Position numbers and translations under genes: made by a program
DNA from: Nitrospirota bacterium
GTDB taxonomy: Bacteria; Nitrospirota; UBA9217
Length of the DNA stretch: 41,995 nucleotides
Direction of reading: 5' to 3'
Assembly (NCBI GenBank): GCA_035623825.1
Contig: DASPSR010000055.1
Coordinates: 1 to 41,995 of the forward strand
The notes under the pieces: generated by a model
What the model saw: only the letters and a program-made list of their open reading frames with translations
What the model was told of the DNA's origin: nothing
The model's database searches: none
In this document: piece after piece, positions 36,632 to 41,995 of the stretch
Layout: every line of letters starts with the position of its first letter
Numbering within the stretch: position 1 is the first letter of the stretch

Positions 36632-38836
36632 ATGTCCGACTATCCCCTCTCCATAGCCTTCGTCTGGCATATGCACCAGCCCTATTATAAGGATGATATC
36701 ACCGGCTCCTACATCCTCCCCTGGGTGCGCATGCACGGGATCAAGGACTATTACGACATGCCCGCGCTCCTGAACGATTTCCCCGACATTCATCAGACCT
36801 TCAATCTCGTCCCGTCCCTGCTGAAGCAGATCCAGGACTACGTGGACAATGACGCCACGGACAAGTTCCTCGACCTCGCGCTCAAGCCGGCAGACGACCT
36901 CACGCATGACGAAAAGATTTTCTTGCTTCGAAACTCCTTCATGGCCAACTGGGACACCATGATCAGGCCGTACCACGGATACTGGCAGCTGCTCGACCGG
37001 CGCGGCACCAGCGTCTCGCCCATCGACCTCCAGAACGCAACACGGTATTTCACGACACAGGACTACCTCGACCTCCAGGTCTGGTTCAACCTGACCTGGT
37101 TTGACCCGCTCTTCAAGCAGACCGATCCATTCCTCAAGGGGCTCATCGAGAAGGGGACGGAGTTCACCGAGGAGGAGAAGGCCCTGCTCATCCAGAAGCA
37201 GCGCGAAATCATGGCCCTCATCATCCCGGGATACCGCCGGCTCGCGGAGCTGGGCAGGATCGAGCTCACGACCACGCCCTTCTATCATCCCATCTTGCCG
37301 CTCCTGTACGATACGGACATCGCGAAGGAGGCCTCGCCGGACATCCGCCTCCCCAGCGCCCGCTTTGCCCATCCTGAAGACGCCAAGGCACAGACCGATC
37401 GCGCGATCCAGTACCACGAGAAGCTTTTCGGCTCACGGCCCGCGGGCATGTGGCCCGCGGAAGGGTCTGTGGCGGAGGAGATCATCCCGCTCCTCGCCGG
37501 CGCGGGTATCAGGTGGATCGGGACGGACGAGGGGGTGCTCGCCCGCTCGCTCGGTATTCACATTGATAGGGACTTTGGCGGAGTGATGAAGAACCCGGAG
37601 GTACTCTACACGCCGTATCTTGCGGGAAAGGGCGAGACGCGCCTCTCCGTTGTGTTCCGCGATCACACGCTCTCGGATCTCATGGGATTCGTGTACTCCA
37701 AATGGGATTACAAAAACGCCGTGCACGACCTCATCGCCCGGCTCCAGCGCGTGCGGAAAAGCGTCGCCGACGCACCGCACCTGGTCTCTATCATCCTTGA
37801 CGGCGAGAACGCCTGGGAGTACTACCAGAACGACGGCAGGGATTTTTTCCTGTACCTCTATGAACGCCTGAGCGGGGAGCCGGGCCTCCGTTGTGTGACC
37901 GTGGGAGAGTACCTCAAGGAGCACCCGGCGCGGGCGAGGATCGAACGGCTCCACGCGGGCTCATGGATAAACGCGAATTTCCGGATATGGATCGGCCATG
38001 AAGAGGACAACCGGGCGTGGGACCTGCTCTCGCAGACCAGGGACGCCCTCACGGATTATGCATCACGGGACGGCGATCCTGAAAAGATCGCCAAGGCATG
38101 GGAAGAGATCTATATCGCCGAGGGCAGCGACTGGTGCTGGTGGTACGGGGATGATCACTTCTCCGAGAACGACGAGGAGTTCGACCTTCTGTTCAGGACG
38201 CACCTGATGAACGTCTACCACATGATCGGCCAGGATGTGCCGGACGAGCTCCAGATATCCATCCTGCGCGAGGACCGGCAGGCGCTGCCCACGGTGGAGC
38301 TCACCGCGTTCATCACCCCCACGATCGACGGACAGGTGACCAACTATTTTGAATGGCTTTCCGCGGGATTCTACGACGTGAGCCAAGGCGGGGAGACCAT
38401 GCACCGCGGCACCTCCATCATCCAGCACATCTATTACGGCTTCGACCTGAAGAACATGTTCATCAGGCTCGACCCGAGCCAGAGCCTCAAGGACGAAAAG
38501 GTGTCGGACCTGGCGTTCTTTATCAATTTTTTGAACCCCAAGGGGATGGACGTGGAAATAAGGGTCGTGCCGCAGGAAAGGCGCGTGAGCGCCGTGCTTT
38601 TCCGCGGGGAGAACAGCTCGCGGAAGCAGGCCGCCGTGATTCACACTGTGGCCGCCAACGAGATCCTCGAGCTCGCGCTGCCCTTCGATCTGCTCGGTAT
38701 GAGGCCGAACGACGAGATCCAGATGTTCGTGACCGTGGAGCGTTCAGGTTCCGAGGTCGAGAAGTGGCCGTTCCGCGGGTATATTCAGTTCAAAGTGCCG
38801 ACCGATGATTTCGAAGCCATGATGTGGCAGGTGTGA
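36632..38836 (+). CDS. Glycoside hydrolase family 57 (amylopullulanase-like)
   Basis: WHMHQP, HPILPLL, GMWPAE, ILDGENAWE, GSWI and AEGSDWCWW. Confidence 0.93.
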   Translation: MSDYPLSIAFVWHMHQPYYKDDITGSYILPWVRMHGIKDYYDMPALLNDFPDIHQTFNLVPSLLKQIQDYVDNDATDKFLDLALKPADDLTHDEKIFLLRNSFMANWDTMIRPYHGYWQLLDRRGTSVSPIDLQNATRYFTTQDYLDLQVWFNLTWFDPLFKQTDPFLKGLIEKGTEFTEEEKALLIQKQREIMALIIPGYRRLAELGRIELTTTPFYHPILPLLYDTDIAKEASPDIRLPSARFAHPEDAKAQTDRAIQYHEKLFGSRPAGMWPAEGSVAEEIIPLLAGAGIRWIGTDEGVLARSLGIHIDRDFGGVMKNPEVLYTPYLAGKGETRLSVVFRDHTLSDLMGFVYSKWDYKNAVHDLIARLQRVRKSVADAPHLVSIILDGENAWEYYQNDGRDFFLYLYERLSGEPGLRCVTVGEYLKEHPARARIERLHAGSWINANFRIWIGHEEDNRAWDLLSQTRDALTDYASRDGDPEKIAKAWEEIYIAEGSDWCWWYGDDHFSENDEEFDLLFRTHLMNVYHMIGQDVPDELQISILREDRQALPTVELTAFITPTIDGQVTNYFEWLSAGFYDVSQGGETMHRGTSIIQHIYYGFDLKNMFIRLDPSQSLKDEKVSDLAFFINFLNPKGMDVEIRVVPQERRVSAVLFRGENSSRKQAAVIHTVAANEILELALPFDLLGMRPNDEIQMFVTVERSGSEVEKWPFRGYIQFKVPTDDFEAMMWQV

Positions 38837-38900
38837 CCGGATCGCTGCGGAGCGCAGCTCGTTTTGATTTCAATCATCATCATAGAGAGGGGACGAATAC

Positions 38901-40352
38901 ATGCTGAACAGGCCCTGGCCATGGATCGTTGCGGTAAGTGTCGCCCTACTCGCGGCAGCAGGTTGCAAGGTTTACGAGCAAAATCCCCCGGCCCCGGTCC
39001 CCTTGGTATCTCTCTCGGTGTCGCCGGCCGACTCGAGCGTCGCTCCGGGGACGACCGTGCAGTTCACAGCCACCGGGACATTCGCGGACAACAGCAAGCG
39101 GAACGTGACAACATCGGTTGCCTGGGATTCATCGGATAAGGGGATCGCCACCATAAACACACAGGGGCTGGCAACGGCCGTGACCATGACCACCGGTTCC
39201 ACCGTGATCAGTGCCGTTTCAGGCGGCATTACGGGAACAACCACGCTTACCACCTCTCATGTCGCTTCGATCGCGGTCACGCCGGCAGCGCCGCCCTGCA
39301 TCGCTCCGGGGACGACCCAGCAGTTTGCCGCCGGGGGGACCCTCAATGACGGCGCGCAACAGGACCTGACGTCATTCGCGACATGGACCTCGCTGGATAC
39401 CTCGGTCGCCACGGTCAGCGATACGACGGGTTCAAAAGGTCTGGCCACCGCAGTTGCTCCAGGTACGGCCAATATTCAGGCGACGTATGATTCTGTCTCC
39501 AGTTCAGCATCACTCAGTTCGTCCGCGGTGGCGTCAATCGTAACATCACCGACCGGCACGTCTATCCCCAAAGGGATAACGGAGCAATTCACCGCGATCG
39601 GGACGTTATCGGGCGGCTGCAACATACAGGACGTCACGTCGTTGGCAACGTGGGGCACATCGAGTACGGCGGTCGCCACGGTGAGTGATAAACCGGGTTC
39701 AAAGGGACTGGTCACAGCCGTCGATATCGGCACTGCCACCATTTCGGCGACCATTGATGCGGTCCCCTCTACTTCAGCGACGCTCACGGTCACCCAGCCG
39801 GTACTCGAGTCGATTGAGGTGACGCCGTCGAACCAGAGCGTTGCCCTCGGGCTGACCCAGCAATTTATCGCGACGGGGATCTTTTCGGACGGCACCAAGC
39901 TGAATATCACCTCATCGGTTACCTGGAATTCTACGGACACCGTGGTTGCGATCGTCAGCAATGCAACAGGATCAAACGGGCTTGCCACGTCTCAGTCCGA
40001 GGGAACGACCACCATTACGGCAAGCTTTTCAGGAATTACCTCAAATAACGCAGCTCTGACGATAACCCCGGCTGAGCTGAGATCCATCATGGTAACACCC
40101 GCGTCCGCCAACGTTCCCCTTGGGACAACCTTCTCATTTCAGTTCTCGGCAACGGGAACTTTTACCGACTCGAGTACGCAGAATTTGACAACATCGGTCA
40201 CGTGGTCTTCTTCGAATGTATTTGTTGCAAGCATCAGCAATACGTCTGGCTTTCAGGGTCAGGCCAATCCCTTAAACATCGGAACGACGACGATCACCGC
40301 CACTTCAGGGAGCATCTCCGGTACCGCTGTGCTTAATGTCACGTCATTTTAG
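38901..40352 (+). CDS. Lipoprotein with about five tandem bacterial Ig-like (Big_2) domains
   Basis: Lipobox AAGC; repeats of SIxVTP...QFxATGxFxD...VTWxSS...GxTTITAT. Confidence 0.88.
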   Translation: MLNRPWPWIVAVSVALLAAAGCKVYEQNPPAPVPLVSLSVSPADSSVAPGTTVQFTATGTFADNSKRNVTTSVAWDSSDKGIATINTQGLATAVTMTTGSTVISAVSGGITGTTTLTTSHVASIAVTPAAPPCIAPGTTQQFAAGGTLNDGAQQDLTSFATWTSLDTSVATVSDTTGSKGLATAVAPGTANIQATYDSVSSSASLSSSAVASIVTSPTGTSIPKGITEQFTAIGTLSGGCNIQDVTSLATWGTSSTAVATVSDKPGSKGLVTAVDIGTATISATIDAVPSTSATLTVTQPVLESIEVTPSNQSVALGLTQQFIATGIFSDGTKLNITSSVTWNSTDTVVAIVSNATGSNGLATSQSEGTTTITASFSGITSNNAALTITPAELRSIMVTPASANVPLGTTFSFQFSATGTFTDSSTQNLTTSVTWSSSNVFVASISNTSGFQGQANPLNIGTTTITATSGSISGTAVLNVTSF

Positions 40353-40527
40353 TGCACCTTTTCCGGCATGATAAGTGTGCCTTGCTGCTCTCGCGCAGTC
40401 CCTATGGCCATATCGCCGGGGACCTGTTCGGTCTGAGCAAAACTGCAAAGTGGCTGGTTCCTTCCCATCCCCCCTCACGGGGCTGATTTTTATCTGTCTT
40501 TAGATTCAAAACTTCCCCGATATTTTC

Positions 40528-40555
40528 TTGACAAGATAAAGGGTTTTTGTATAAT
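40528..40555 (+). promoter_or_regulatory. Sigma70 promoter of glyQS
   Basis: TTGACA-16 nt-TATAAT. Confidence 0.7.
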
Positions 40556-40607
40556 AGCACTCTATTTTTCTATCCTTCTTTCCGATTTGTCCGGGCAGGG
40601 GCAATCA

Positions 40608-41534
40608 TTGACATTTCAGGAGCTTATACTCACCTTACAGCAGTTCTGGGCCTCGAAGGGCTGCGTCATTCACCAGCCCTATGACACCGAGGTCGGAGCC
40701 GGGACTTTCCACCCGGCAACGTTCCTTCGCGTCTTAGGACCCGAGCCGTGGAAAACAGCCTATGTCCAGCCTTCACGCAGGCCCACGGACGGCCGCTACG
40801 GCGAAAACCCGAACCGCATGCAGCACTACTACCAGTTCCAGGTGATCCTCAAACCCCACCCGGAAAACGTCCAGGATCTGTACCTCGAAAGCCTCGTCAG
40901 CCTTGGCATCAATCCCCGGAAACACGACATTCGCTTTGTCGAGGATGACTGGGAGTCGCCGACGCTCGGCGCCTGGGGGCTCGGATGGGAGGTCTGGCTC
41001 AACGGCATGGAAGTCACCCAGTTCACCTATTTTCAGCAGGTGGGCGGCATCGACCTCAAACCCGTTTCCGCCGAACTCACCTACGGCATCGAGCGGCTCG
41101 CCATGTATCTTCAGGGTGTGAACAATGTCTTTGATCTTGAGTGGGCGAGAGGCGTGAAGTACGGCGATATCCACCACGATACTGAAGTGCAATTCTCGAG
41201 GTACAATTTTGAGCTGTCGGACCGGGAGATGCTCTTCCGCCAGTTCGAGTCCTATGAACGGGAGTGCGAGAAGCTCATCGGGGCCGGCGTCGTGCTGCCC
41301 GCCTATGACTACTGCCTCAAGTGCTCGCACACGTTCAACCTGCTCGACGCGGCGGGTGCGATCAGCGTGACCGAGCGCACGGGCTACATCGCCCGCGTGC
41401 GGAAGCTGGCCCGCGCCTGCGCGCACGCGTACCTGGCCGAGCGGGAGGCAATGGGGTTCCCCTTGCTGAAGAACAGGGGCGGGGAAAAGGCGGAAAAGAT
41501 CCCGGTCTCGGGCAAAGACAGGTATGAGACTTAG
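40608..41534 (+). CDS. glyQ: Glycine-tRNA ligase alpha subunit
   Basis: [31 protein letters not shown] and ELTYGIERL. Confidence 0.97.
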   Translation: MTFQELILTLQQFWASKGCVIHQPYDTEVGAGTFHPATFLRVLGPEPWKTAYVQPSRRPTDGRYGENPNRMQHYYQFQVILKPHPENVQDLYLESLVSLGINPRKHDIRFVEDDWESPTLGAWGLGWEVWLNGMEVTQFTYFQQVGGIDLKPVSAELTYGIERLAMYLQGVNNVFDLEWARGVKYGDIHHDTEVQFSRYNFELSDREMLFRQFESYERECEKLIGAGVVLPAYDYCLKCSHTFNLLDAAGAISVTERTGYIARVRKLARACAHAYLAEREAMGFPLLKNRGGEKAEKIPVSGKDRYET

Positions 41535-41630
41535 CGTAAGAACGATCATGGCTCCGGGCGCCGGTCTTTCTCGTGCGCTCGTTGCGCCTCTCTCGGCTGG
41601 GAACTGGGCATCGGATTAGTGGGGTGTCTT

Positions 41631-41995
41631 TTGGCGAAGGAATTCTTATTAGAGATCGGGACGGAGGAGATTCCGTCCCGGTTCATTGCTCCGGCTCTGG
41701 AGCAGATGAAGGAGCTCTTTGCCGCGCTCCTGGCCTCGGGCCGCATTGCGGCCGAGAACGGCGCGATCCAGACTTTCGGGACGCCCCGACGCCTCGTGCT
41801 CTTTGCGCCGCAGCTCGCCGAGCGGCAGCAGGACATCTCGAAAGAGGTCGTCGGCCCGCCCAAGAAGGTTGCCTTCGGCGCTGACGGCAGTCCCACGAAG
41901 GCGGCGATGGTCTTTGCCGAGAAGAACGGCATCCCCGTCAATGCACTTTCGGTCAAGACCACGGACAAGGGCGAGTACATGGTCGCCCGCATCGA
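41631..41995 (+). CDS. glyS: Glycine-tRNA ligase beta subunit (5' part)
   Basis: TTG start, then AKEFLLEIGTEEIPSR...TPRRL...GPP; runs off the window. Confidence 0.95.
   Translation, partial: MAKEFLLEIGTEEIPSRFIAPALEQMKELFAALLASGRIAAENGAIQTFGTPRRLVLFAPQLAERQQDISKEVVGPPKKVAFGADGSPTKAAMVFAEKNGIPVNALSVKTTDKGEYMVARI

Overview
GC-rich bacterial chromosomal window. Gene content suggests an anaerobe or microaerophile, possibly Nitrospirota or a deltaproteobacterial lineage (inference only). In order it contains: a 3'-truncated spermidine-synthase-like membrane protein; an A2-type caa3-like cytochrome c oxidase operon (sco-coxA-coxC-orf-coxD-coxB-ctaB plus two Cys-rich tail genes); a divergent B12-radical SAM + type III PKS pair; a DUF5714-like Cys-rich protein; a rubredoxin/rubrerythrin/Fe-S flavoprotein operon behind a Per/Fur-like box; copC-copD; assorted enzymes; fadD-fadI-fadJ; rhlB; a wHTH-nucleotidyltransferase/HEPN pair; ftsB; a GH57 enzyme; an Ig-repeat lipoprotein; and glyQ-glyS (partial). 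Main signals the ORF track misses: (1) two candidate selenoproteins, where an in-frame TGA completes a CxxU motif and each is followed by a near-identical SECIS-like element (GTCTG at +7..+11, then a stem with a G-GWC-C apex); (2) an apparently catalytically degenerate MNT-HEPN pair followed by two unannotated 18-19 aa poly-lysine microproteins with identical strong RBSs, an attenuator-like fold and a terminal terminator; (3) a highly structured leader upstream of a GNAT gene; (4) a frameshifted DUF72 remnant. All family assignments come from motif recognition by eye; no database searches were run.
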